IMG/VR virus record: IMGVR_UViG_3300028607_003725
Location: 12,011 to 76,010 of that record
Strand: one strand, 5' to 3'
Source of the DNA: a virus
DNA length: 64,000 nt
Shown: in pieces, positions 1-8,950 of the stretch
How the letters are laid out: each line of letters starts with the position of its first letter
How positions within the stretch are numbered: the stretch's first letter is position 1
Translations under genes and position numbers: made by a program
Notes under the pieces: model-generated
Told to the model about the DNA's origin: nothing
Seen by the model: only the letters and a program-made list of their open reading frames with translations
Databases searched by the model: none

Positions 1-18
1 TAATTAGGAGAAATTCAC

Positions 19-387
19 ATGACAGAAAAAATAGAAGATATGATACCAGATTCATATCCACTTGGAACAGACGGACCTTCTCAAACAGAAGTAGATTTGT
101 TAAAGAAGAAGTATGGTAAAGTTAGAGCATGCTTTACAGGAAGTAAGGTATATATAGTTAGAATGATGAGTAGATCAGAACACATGGTTCTTCAGAATGA
201 GATCTTTGAGAGAACCGAAGCTAATGATCCAGACTTAGATGTTGACTTTATGATTGCAAAAGATTTTACGATGTGGCCAAAGGATATTGATTGGGATAAA
301 GAACCAGGAGGAGCAGTACCTGTACTGTCTCAAGAAGTTTCAAAATTGTCAGGATTTGTTAAGGATAAGGAAAGTATAGAATTGTAA
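19..387 (+). CDS. Putative tail assembly chaperone, paralog 1 (122 aa)
   Basis: AGGAG Shine-Dalgarno upstream. Small acidic protein with LKKKYGKV..VYIVRMMSRSE and WP..PGGAVPVLSQEV..SGF. Lies just upstream of the tape-measure-like gene and resembles the next ORF. Confidence 0.6.
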   Translation: MTEKIEDMIPDSYPLGTDGPSQTEVDLLKKKYGKVRACFTGSKVYIVRMMSRSEHMVLQNEIFERTEANDPDLDVDFMIAKDFTMWPKDIDWDKEPGGAVPVLSQEVSKLSGFVKDKESIEL

Positions 388-420
388 ACATCACCCGTAT
401 AGTGTGTTTCTTCCTGGTAC

Positions 421-455
421 AAAAAAGGGTATGATTTTAATTCATACCCTTTTTT
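421..455 (+). terminator. Intrinsic terminator, symmetric and possibly bidirectional
   Basis: Perfect 14-bp inverted repeat AAAAAAGGGTATGA (421-434) / TCATACCCTTTTTT (442-455), 7-nt loop, T6 tail, in the intergenic gap. Confidence 0.82.
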
Positions 456-473
456 ATTAGACATACCTTTTAT

Positions 474-1082
474 ATGGATATATCAAAGAAAATAGCCGAA
501 TGGAAAGCCAAATATGGTTCAGTCTTTATAGTTTCTATTGAAGATAAGTCCATTTATTATAGAACATTAACTGCTTGGGAAATCCAAAGTATAATTGATC
601 TCACTAAACAAAACAAAGCTTCCTTAGATATAGAAGAGTCTACGTGTTTATTTGGAGTATTAGCTCCTAGTCCTTTACCTACCTTTAGTAAACCTGGCAG
701 TATTTCCAGTTTAAGCGAAGAGATTTGGAATAAATCAACTCTGTCAGCTGATATTATGGCAAAAACTATAAAGGATAGTAGAGAGTGGAGTGAAAGTAGC
801 GTAGACCAAAATTATAATTTAATTATAGCAAGTGTTATGTGTAAGCTAATGCCCTCGTTAGACTTAGCTCATCTCTTGGAGTTACCTACCACTAAACTTG
901 TAAGGCTGGGAGCAATAGTAGAAAAGATAACAGGAGAACAATTCTTAGAAGGAGAATTACTTAGTAAACAGGGAACTAAGAAAAGCATGGGTTCTGATAG
1001 AGTTACTAATGAAATGGCAGATAAAACAGCAAATCTGTTGGCGAATGCTCTTAAACAGCAAAGAACAAAGGCTAAGATATAA
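474..1082 (+). CDS. Putative tail assembly chaperone, paralog 2 (202 aa)
   Basis: WKAKYGSVF..IYYRTLTAWE and GVLAP..PGSISSLSEEI parallel the motifs of ORF 19..387. Stop overlaps the next start (TAATG). Confidence 0.55.
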   Translation: MDISKKIAEWKAKYGSVFIVSIEDKSIYYRTLTAWEIQSIIDLTKQNKASLDIEESTCLFGVLAPSPLPTFSKPGSISSLSEEIWNKSTLSADIMAKTIKDSREWSESSVDQNYNLIIASVMCKLMPSLDLAHLLELPTTKLVRLGAIVEKITGEQFLEGELLSKQGTKKSMGSDRVTNEMADKTANLLANALKQQRTKAKI

Positions 1083-4000
1083 TGGCAACTGACGATTATA
1101 TTGATGATTTAGTGAATCCCGAGGAACAGGGTGAAAGTACAATAGCAAAAGGCATAGGCCAAGCGGCTACTACTTTAGGTATGTTTATGGGGATCCATAT
1201 GGCAGCCATGTTCATAGTCACTAAAGGTAAAATGAGAGCTTTTTCTGCTCTACAAAAATCAACCATCCCACGTATAAGAGCTGCAGCAACCCGTGCTGCT
1301 ACAACAACTCATTCTTTAACTGATTTCATTGCAACAGTAGGTCAAGGAAAAGGAACTGTTTCCCGTTTAGCGCAAAGTGTTTATGCGTCAAGTACTTCTA
1401 AAACAGCAGAAACACTAAGGGCAGGATGGAAAGATATATCAGCCTATGAAAAAATTGGAAAATTTAGAGAGCTTTCGAGGGCAAATAAAACTACTATTGT
1501 TGAACGATCTGTTGGTAAATATTTGAGGGAAGCAGCGGTATTTATGCCGTCATTCTATATAGCTGAGCATAATATAGGTATATTACATGATGGCCCAGAG
1601 AAGGAAGCAAAACCAGCCTGGTATAATTTACCAGGGCATGCTATAGGATTTGCAAAGTTTGTACCTCATATGTTGGCAATAGACTTAGGATTTAGAGGAG
1701 TATTGCATGGTGCAAAAATAGCAGCATCGCCTCTTAGGGGAATGTTAGATCCTTTAGAACATTCTATAGCAAATTCCCCCATAGCTGACGCTGCTGTAGA
1801 TGCATACAAATGGGCTGAACGTGGAGCATACAGAGAAAAGCAGATAGCAGGAATGAAGATAGGAGATATTATTGATCACATGGGTGTTGCAAAAGATGCC
1901 TTTGTTAAGTCTTTAAAAAGTCCTACTCGTACAAAAATGTGGAGACGAGATAAAGAAGTATTTTCTGGATATGAGAGAACTACAAATTCATTGTATAAAG
2001 TATATACTCATCATAGACAGCACATAAAAGTTCTAAGAAGCCAGCTTTACACAAAGAAATTAGAGCGTTATGATAAACGTATACAAAAAGCAGGTCTGAC
2101 CACTGAAGAATCCTTTAGACATAATTTTTCTGATTTTGTTAAATTTATGGACGAGCCTGGGATTTCTGGAAGAACAGACTATCAAGAGGCACTTTATAAA
2201 AGTAATAGAGCTGCCAGTGGGAATGAATTACTCGGTAAACAATATTATAATGAGAATGCAAAGACTCCATTTATTGCTAGGATTCTTGGGTTAAAAAGAG
2301 CTAAAGCATCTGATTATAAAGCTGGTGAAAAAACACTTGGAAAAATTTACGATACTGCTAGTAAAGATAAATGGAATGAAGGCACAGATACTATTTTAGG
2401 AAAAAGGAAAAAAGATTTTGTTAGTAAACTTCTATCTAATAATACCTTTATTCAGGAAAGATCAGGACAATCTGTAAATTTAGACTATTTAGATCCTAGA
2501 TATTGGGCTACAAAAGGTCTAAATAGTTTTCCTACGATTCTGGGATACGGCGTAATTGATTTGTTTCCCTTTAAGGTTATGACAAGGAGACCTGGGGATA
2601 GAGTAATGCTTGCTTCAGGACAAGTTCCATTAACTCCTTCCCAGCAAACGGACGCTTTTGGACGAAAATTGTTCCAGAAAGAATCACGAGCAGGCGAACT
2701 ACACGTAACTTATAAAAATGTATATAATTTCTCTTCAGAATTCAATGATGGAAGTCGAGGTCTAATCATGAGAAGAGCTGGAGATAAACATTATAGTTTA
2801 TGGGACTTTCAAGGATCTCAAGGAGCGAATGTTGCTGATGGTTGGGTTCAGGTAGGTAAAAATATAAAATTAGCTTTAAGAAGTGATTCTCCTAAAGGAC
2901 AAAGAGTGCATTACGAAGGTTTAGTTTCTGCTACAGATAAGAATACTAGGATGCCGGGAGAATTTAGTTCTAATCCATTTATGAGATTTATGCAGGAGAA
3001 GCTTAGTCTTTTGGATAATAAAGGCTCTTTTCCTAGTATATTTAGAAACTTACAAATGGTAATGCCCGAAGGGATGCAAAATTTCTTTAATGTTAGTGAT
3101 GCAGTAAGGGGTTCTAGATCTAGAAAAATTTTAGAAGATCTAAAAAAATTATCACAGCATAAGGTTGACGATATTGTACAGTCTAGTCATAAGCAAATGC
3201 AAATGTTAGACATTGTTAATCGTACTAAGGCGTTATCAGAAAGAGTAAGGAGAAGAAGTTTTGACAGTACGTTGTCGGATGACTATTTTTTTAATGATAT
3301 TATTAAGTTCTTAGATACGAATATGCCTGGTGATTTTTTAAAGGGTAAGAAAATACGTAGCGTAGATGATATATTTGATCTAGCTTCACACATTAGAAGA
3401 AATGTTGGAGAGAGTAATCTTAATATGTCTGAACGAGAATTGCTAAGAGTGGATGCTTTACTTAACGAAGCTCGTTTATCCAAAGACGTACTGAGAAGAG
3501 AAGTACATCCTGAGTTACCCGTAGAAAAACTTAAAAGATTTATATATGATTATTCAGTAAACTTCTCACGTACTAATAACTTAGGAAAACACGGTATAGA
3601 GGAAAGGATGCTTAACAAGGCGATTAAGGCCTTTGAAAATCAGCGTATAACAAAACAACAATTAACAGATCTAGAAGTTAGTATATTTTCTACTGACTTT
3701 AGAGAGGTAATTAGAGATACAGATTTTTCTAAGGGTCGGCTACTCGAAAAAATAGGGAAAGATGATGTTTCAAAAGTAATAGATAGTATAAAAAAGGGTT
3801 TAGTAAATAAATTCTCAGGAGCAGCAGATGGTCGTTCTGTGATAGACACAGCTCTTGCTAACACTGGTATGTTTGAAACAGCTTACTCAAAAGCGATAGA
3901 TACCGGAATTCCTGATTTAATTGATACATTACAGCTCACCATGGATAGTAACCCGTGGGTTGCCTACCCTACTGGTTTTAAAGAAGTGCTTGGACTAGGA

Positions 4001-7000
4001 TTACGATGGGGTATATCTACGGTTGATAAACTTGTAAGTTCGTTTGGTTTAGGATGGGATAAAGGAAGATTTAGTACACCAGGAGAAGTGATTGGATTAC
4101 AAGGTAGAAGACTTGCCACATTTAGTGCAGCTTTATTGGGGTATAGTGCCGTAGACAGCGTTACAGATGCCTCTGGCGCATTTGATGGGACATTTTTAGA
4201 TGAAGGACTAACAGTTGGATTAGCCGATCAGGCAGTACGTTTACGAATGCTAGCTGCTAAAACTTATGACGTACTTGGAGTAGATAATGCGGCTAGGTAT
4301 ATGGAAGGTCTTATGCCTGGTTCTATGAATGTGTTACCAGGGCTTGCTATTGGCGGCCTGGCCGGAGGCATGGTGGGCTCCGGGATTCCAGGAGCTATTG
4401 TTGGAGCCATGGTTAATGCCTATTTAGGGCCTCAATTAAAAGAAGGTCCTTTAAGTTTTTTATCTATAGCGCCCCCACTTGCTCCATTTGTTTCAGATTT
4501 AACAAAAAGCTATGATGAAGTTCAAGATATATATGAAGGAAAAGAATTACTTGCTAGAAGAAAAGGAGCTGGATGGACATTAGGACAAACTCCTATAGAA
4601 GGTGGCCGCATAGAAGGATGGGAGCTTCATTGGTACCCAAAGCTAAAATCCCAATATAAAGCAACTCCAGTTCTTTATGGCTCTAAGGTAGAACAATTCT
4701 TAGCAAAAGATGTACCCTTATTAGATTTTTCTATAATGGATATAATCGATCCTCAATATTTAACATACAAGCATTATGAAAATAGACCATACTTAATACC
4801 GGATACCCCTTTTACAGAAGTTCCAATTATTGGACCAGTACTGGGTGCTACTCTAGGTAGGGCTTATAATTTAGTGCATCCTTTAGGTCAGGTGGATCCA
4901 ATGCATGTGCAAGAGGCTGCATCGGCCTTTATGAAAGGAAACAGTTATGATTGGAAAGGTGGTGCACAGGACACGTTTGGTCCTCAATACCGAGGACTAG
5001 GGCCTGCAGGTGTTGGTTTAGCGGACAGGCAACCAGGACAACCTAATATAGGTAATATAGTTCTTTCTCCTTATGATATTAAACCATTGTTGGCAGAATC
5101 AGTATATAAAGGATGGATAGAGTGGATGGGGTTACCTGGATTTATAACATCAGCAGTAGCCTGGGGAGGGGATGAACCTTTTACTAATGTTCCTATTGCC
5201 CCTGCTGCTACTGATATGGATTCTTTTGCTAGATCTTATTGGGATTCTAATGCTGGAGATATGGCGTTAACTAATGAATTGTTTAGAAGATTTGTTCCTA
5301 GACCTAGAACTAGTTATGAAACTGTAGATCTTATACATAATGCTATGCCTGGTTGGATACCTGAACATTTACGGACTGGAGATCCCTATTGTTTACTACC
5401 GGATACTTTAGTAGAAACTACTAATGGTTTAACTAGGTCTGAAGATATTACAGATGGTATGCTTGTTAAAACTATGTATGGAAGATTTTATCCAGTAAGT
5501 AATACTGTAAGTAGGCCTGTTGAGGAGGAAATATATTGTATAACTTTGCCTGGATTAAAAGATTTTGAACTAAAAGTAACAGGGGAGCATCCTTTTTATA
5601 TAAAGCAAGGCGATGAGTATAAGTGGGTTTTAGCTAAAAATCTTACAACAGAGCATAGAGTAACTTATCCTTTGTTACAAATACAATTAAATAATATAAT
5701 AGACACTAATATTGAAATAGATGTTGAAGCTAAAATGGCTAAGCTCCTAGGTTTATTAGCTAGATGGACTAAATGGGGAAGTACCTTAGAGTATAGAGAT
5801 GAAATCCCCGATAACATAACTAAAGAAATTGATAGTCTTGTAAAGCTATTGTCAATAGATTTAGAATTAATTAAGACAATAGTTTATGAACATCAGAGTG
5901 ATGGAATGGCTGTTCCTTTAGTAACTTCAGATTTAGCTATAGTTTTAAATTATCTAGAACCGTTTAGAGTAAAATCTAGTACTAATGAAATAAAATATAG
6001 ATTTCATTCTCAAAAAGCTGCTTATAATACGTGGACTGGTCTGTTACAAAATAAAATATTTTCGTTTATTAATAATGATACTTTGACTATACGGAATCAA
6101 TTTGCTGCAGAGATTGCATATTTATTGGATATAGATATTAAGGTTACTGAATTTGAAAAGCCCTATTGTTCATTTAGCTTAGTTGATAGTAAAGTAGGCC
6201 CATTAGCAATCTTGTCTATAGAGAATATACGTAAAGAATATTATGAAGGCAATGTACACACTATAGAAGTATCAGATGATGTTACCTATTGTCTTCCGGG
6301 AGCTATTGTTCATAATAGTAAAATTACCCATGGAGAATTATATTTACCAGGGGAAGGATATGAAGCAGCTTTTAATCCAGATCTAACATTCCCTGTAGGA
6401 ATGTCCCGACTCGGACGTTCGGCTTATGACCAAGCACTGGGCATGATAGGACTGTCTAATATCGCAGAAGACCAAGAGGAGATTTTAGAAAAGGGTACGG
6501 CTATTCACAAAATGGTACAGAATCAGCTAATGATGATGGGCGCTACTACTAGAATTGAAGCGTTAGTTACAGATCCTAGCGCTAATCTCAGATCTTATGT
6601 GGATGTAATGTTAAAAGATCCTAGAGGTAACGAAATGCCTCTTGAAATTAAGAGTATATCTGCCAAAGGCTTTGAAAGATTAGATAGACCAAAATATTCG
6701 CATAAAATTCAGTTAAATTCTTATCTAGCAGTTATGGGAGTTAACAGGGGTAAATTTTTATATGTATCTCGAGAAGATCCAACAAAAACAAAGCAATTTA
6801 GTTTACAATTTGATCCTGATATGTGGGAACAAACATTAGGTAAGTTACGTGAAGCCAGATATCTTGCTCAAGAGTTCTTATCTCAAGGTTACGGTAGGGC
6901 TGCTGAAGGATACTCATATCTGGATAGAGCTAGAGTTTTATTAAACTCAGCTCCTTATTCAAAAGAGTACCGTGAAACATTCTCATTGCTTGAAGAACAA

Positions 7001-8950
7001 AAAGTTAGTGGACATTTGTCAGAACAAGAATCAGCACAACTGAGTAATTTAGAAGGTTATCACAAGGCAATGATGAGAAAGTATGAGATGTATCCTAGAA
7101 GGTTTACATTAGATAAACTTTTAGATCCGGATGCGGAGTATCAAAATCTATCCTCCAATGAATATATAGAACCAGCAGATACTTATTCATTAGCTGAAAG
7201 AATAGCTGGTGCTTCATGGGAGTATGCTACCCATCTTAGATCTCCTATACATTCAAAATTATTTGGAAGATACTCTCCAGAGGAACAGTATGATAGATTT
7301 GTAATGTATGGTGTTCCTTTTCAATCATGGGCAAGACCTTATGATACTTTTTTGAAACCCTATGCTAGGGGACTAAGGTCCGTTACTGATCCATTGCAAG
7401 GAGCTATGTCTTTTGCAACGGGAGGATTAATATTTGGAGGAGGCCCTGGGGCCTTAGCTGGAGCAGCAATAGGTGCTGCTTATGGGTCGATGCACGGAAT
7501 GTATAGAGCAATTACTGGTGACACGTATCGCCCACAGAACTTTAAAGATAAGGTAGAGATGCAAGAGTACTTTGATACAATTGAGTATATGAAAGCTGAG
7601 CAAATGTATATGGCTACAGGAAATCCAGATTATAGACGACAAATGGTAGGGACAATGAGAGGTTGGATTGAAACAAGTGGTGGTCAGTTTATGACAGTAC
7701 CAAATAGTGGAGGTATACAGGGCCATTATGGATATGATCCTGGAAGTTTGTTTGGAACCTCATCAGGACCAGCAGCCAGAGCTGCAAGGTTAATGAATAA
7801 TCCATATGCCCAAGGAATTGGGACTGATCAAGGGTTCGGATCACCGTGGAAGGGATTGGCTAATGTTTATCGTCGATTATTTAAAAGTGAAAAAACAATA
7901 AAAATATTTAGAGGAGTTGATAAGTGGCATAGAGGACAAATGGTACAACAGGGTAACTTTGTCGGAGGAGGAAAATATACTCAAAGTAGTCGTGCCCCTG
8001 CATCTCCGATGTATATACCTAAATCTGAAACAGCACTATATACTTCCGGTAGTGCTAAAGATGCAATGTCTTACGGAAGACGAGGCAGACGACCTGGAGC
8101 TCCTGAACCAACGTTGCTTGAATTTGCTGTTCCAGAAACATATGTTAGCAAAGCTGCAGTACAAATTAAAGGTCGTGATTTTAGTCATTATGTTTTTGAC
8201 GAGGGCATACCTAAACGTTTTTTAAGGAGAGTCTATTCCCCAAAAACAAGCCCCCAGAGTAGAGCCTTAAAAAAAACACAGAATCCAGCAGCTAAGAGTA
8301 TAGGTGGAGACAAAGGTTTTGGATCTCCGTGGCAGGGAACAGATGACCAAGAAGCTCTTAACTATGATGCAAATATTAATGTATTCAGCGGCTTCTCTGC
8401 TTTAGCTGCTTGGGATAGACCTTTTTGGACAGCATTCTTAGAGACTCCTGAAGATAAAAGAGATAGAATATTAGATCAGGTAGATACACGAATGGGTGAT
8501 ATGCTAAAAATTGCATGGGGCAGAGGTGAAGAAGTTGCAATGCCTTCAATGGATGTGTTTTTTAGTAATTATAAAAAACCGTCAGCATTAGAACCAATAA
8601 TGGGACCTGATACTGATATATCTGATTATATTACCGTTACTGCCAACTCAAGCGGACTAGATGCTCATGATTTTGGTTTTGGATGGAGAGATCAATTAAG
8701 ACGAATTCAAGATTCTGCTAATGCGATTTTACCGATTAATATTCATGGAAAAGACACTCCTGCCTTTGAAGCATCGGCAGTGTCACAGGGGGACATAAGT
8801 ACCGCTTTAACAAAAGTACTAACAAGGATGGGATATGAAGGAGCTAGAATACAAGTAAACTCTATGATGTCCGAAAGAGATGATACCATTCTTAAACTTA
8901 ATATAAGACGAGATTCAAGTATAGATATTATAAAGGCGTTATATGGCTAG
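1082..8950 (+). CDS. Tape-measure-like virion polyprotein 1 (2622 aa) with intein, PD-(D/E)XK nuclease and ART-like cassette
   Basis: Follows chaperone-like genes. Long helical K/R/A-rich body with Gly/Ala-rich hydrophobic segments (GLAIGGLAGGMVGSGIPGAIVGAMV; GGLIFGGGPGALAGAAIGAAYG). Embedded enzyme motifs listed separately. Confidence 0.72.
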   Translation: MATDDYIDDLVNPEEQGESTIAKGIGQAATTLGMFMGIHMAAMFIVTKGKMRAFSALQKSTIPRIRAAATRAATTTHSLTDFIATVGQGKGTVSRLAQSVYASSTSKTAETLRAGWKDISAYEKIGKFRELSRANKTTIVERSVGKYLREAAVFMPSFYIAEHNIGILHDGPEKEAKPAWYNLPGHAIGFAKFVPHMLAIDLGFRGVLHGAKIAASPLRGMLDPLEHSIANSPIADAAVDAYKWAERGAYREKQIAGMKIGDIIDHMGVAKDAFVKSLKSPTRTKMWRRDKEVFSGYERTTNSLYKVYTHHRQHIKVLRSQLYTKKLERYDKRIQKAGLTTEESFRHNFSDFVKFMDEPGISGRTDYQEALYKSNRAASGNELLGKQYYNENAKTPFIARILGLKRAKASDYKAGEKTLGKIYDTASKDKWNEGTDTILGKRKKDFVSKLLSNNTFIQERSGQSVNLDYLDPRYWATKGLNSFPTILGYGVIDLFPFKVMTRRPGDRVMLASGQVPLTPSQQTDAFGRKLFQKESRAGELHVTYKNVYNFSSEFNDGSRGLIMRRAGDKHYSLWDFQGSQGANVADGWVQVGKNIKLALRSDSPKGQRVHYEGLVSATDKNTRMPGEFSSNPFMRFMQEKLSLLDNKGSFPSIFRNLQMVMPEGMQNFFNVSDAVRGSRSRKILEDLKKLSQHKVDDIVQSSHKQMQMLDIVNRTKALSERVRRRSFDSTLSDDYFFNDIIKFLDTNMPGDFLKGKKIRSVDDIFDLASHIRRNVGESNLNMSERELLRVDALLNEARLSKDVLRREVHPELPVEKLKRFIYDYSVNFSRTNNLGKHGIEERMLNKAIKAFENQRITKQQLTDLEVSIFSTDFREVIRDTDFSKGRLLEKIGKDDVSKVIDSIKKGLVNKFSGAADGRSVIDTALANTGMFETAYSKAIDTGIPDLIDTLQLTMDSNPWVAYPTGFKEVLGLGLRWGISTVDKLVSSFGLGWDKGRFSTPGEVIGLQGRRLATFSAALLGYSAVDSVTDASGAFDGTFLDEGLTVGLADQAVRLRMLAAKTYDVLGVDNAARYMEGLMPGSMNVLPGLAIGGLAGGMVGSGIPGAIVGAMVNAYLGPQLKEGPLSFLSIAPPLAPFVSDLTKSYDEVQDIYEGKELLARRKGAGWTLGQTPIEGGRIEGWELHWYPKLKSQYKATPVLYGSKVEQFLAKDVPLLDFSIMDIIDPQYLTYKHYENRPYLIPDTPFTEVPIIGPVLGATLGRAYNLVHPLGQVDPMHVQEAASAFMKGNSYDWKGGAQDTFGPQYRGLGPAGVGLADRQPGQPNIGNIVLSPYDIKPLLAESVYKGWIEWMGLPGFITSAVAWGGDEPFTNVPIAPAATDMDSFARSYWDSNAGDMALTNELFRRFVPRPRTSYETVDLIHNAMPGWIPEHLRTGDPYCLLPDTLVETTNGLTRSEDITDGMLVKTMYGRFYPVSNTVSRPVEEEIYCITLPGLKDFELKVTGEHPFYIKQGDEYKWVLAKNLTTEHRVTYPLLQIQLNNIIDTNIEIDVEAKMAKLLGLLARWTKWGSTLEYRDEIPDNITKEIDSLVKLLSIDLELIKTIVYEHQSDGMAVPLVTSDLAIVLNYLEPFRVKSSTNEIKYRFHSQKAAYNTWTGLLQNKIFSFINNDTLTIRNQFAAEIAYLLDIDIKVTEFEKPYCSFSLVDSKVGPLAILSIENIRKEYYEGNVHTIEVSDDVTYCLPGAIVHNSKITHGELYLPGEGYEAAFNPDLTFPVGMSRLGRSAYDQALGMIGLSNIAEDQEEILEKGTAIHKMVQNQLMMMGATTRIEALVTDPSANLRSYVDVMLKDPRGNEMPLEIKSISAKGFERLDRPKYSHKIQLNSYLAVMGVNRGKFLYVSREDPTKTKQFSLQFDPDMWEQTLGKLREARYLAQEFLSQGYGRAAEGYSYLDRARVLLNSAPYSKEYRETFSLLEEQKVSGHLSEQESAQLSNLEGYHKAMMRKYEMYPRRFTLDKLLDPDAEYQNLSSNEYIEPADTYSLAERIAGASWEYATHLRSPIHSKLFGRYSPEEQYDRFVMYGVPFQSWARPYDTFLKPYARGLRSVTDPLQGAMSFATGGLIFGGGPGALAGAAIGAAYGSMHGMYRAITGDTYRPQNFKDKVEMQEYFDTIEYMKAEQMYMATGNPDYRRQMVGTMRGWIETSGGQFMTVPNSGGIQGHYGYDPGSLFGTSSGPAARAARLMNNPYAQGIGTDQGFGSPWKGLANVYRRLFKSEKTIKIFRGVDKWHRGQMVQQGNFVGGGKYTQSSRAPASPMYIPKSETALYTSGSAKDAMSYGRRGRRPGAPEPTLLEFAVPETYVSKAAVQIKGRDFSHYVFDEGIPKRFLRRVYSPKTSPQSRALKKTQNPAAKSIGGDKGFGSPWQGTDDQEALNYDANINVFSGFSALAAWDRPFWTAFLETPEDKRDRILDQVDTRMGDMLKIAWGRGEEVAMPSMDVFFSNYKKPSALEPIMGPDTDISDYITVTANSSGLDAHDFGFGWRDQLRRIQDSANAILPINIHGKDTPAFEASAVSQGDISTALTKVLTRMGYEGARIQVNSMMSERDDTILKLNIRRDSSIDIIKALYG
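5390..6316 (+). mobile_element. Intein, 309 aa, with degenerate LAGLIDADG-type endonuclease region
   Basis: Block A CLLPDTLV (Cys1), block B VTGEHPF, block F VHTIEV, block G IVHN followed by Ser+1. Exteins join as TGDPY|SKITHGE. Central MAKLLGLLARW resembles a decayed block C. Confidence 0.92.
6479..6870 (+). other. PD-(D/E)XK (RecB/Cas4-like) nuclease domain in polyprotein 1
   Basis: KGTAIH (6491-6508), E (6557), YVD (D at 6602), EIKS (6644-6655), QLNSY (6710-6724), GKFLYVSRE: canonical order and spacing. Confidence 0.85.
7817..8338 (+). repeat. Duplicated peptide motif IGxDxGFGSPWxG (7817-7855 and 8300-8338) flanking a 148-aa cassette
   Basis: IGTDQGFGSPWKG and IGGDKGFGSPWQG. 28/39 nt identical, differences mostly at third codon positions. 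Confidence 0.9.
7856..8299 (+). other. ADP-ribosyltransferase-fold-like domain, catalytic status uncertain
   Basis: IFRG (7904-7915), LYTSGSAKDAMSYG, LLEFAVP and HYVFDEGIPKRFLRRV match the strand order of ART-fold domains. The usual catalytic Glu position appears to hold His. Confidence 0.55.

Noticed and set aside
340-480. Programmed -1 frameshift joining the two chaperone-like ORFs
   Set aside because: No X XXY YYZ slippery site seen before the first stop; an 86-nt gap with a terminator separates the ORFs, and the second repeats the whole fold.
6479-6870. CRISPR-Cas interpretation of the Cas4-like domain
   Set aside because: No repeat-spacer array, no other cas genes and no Fe-S cysteines; the domain is embedded in a virion protein.
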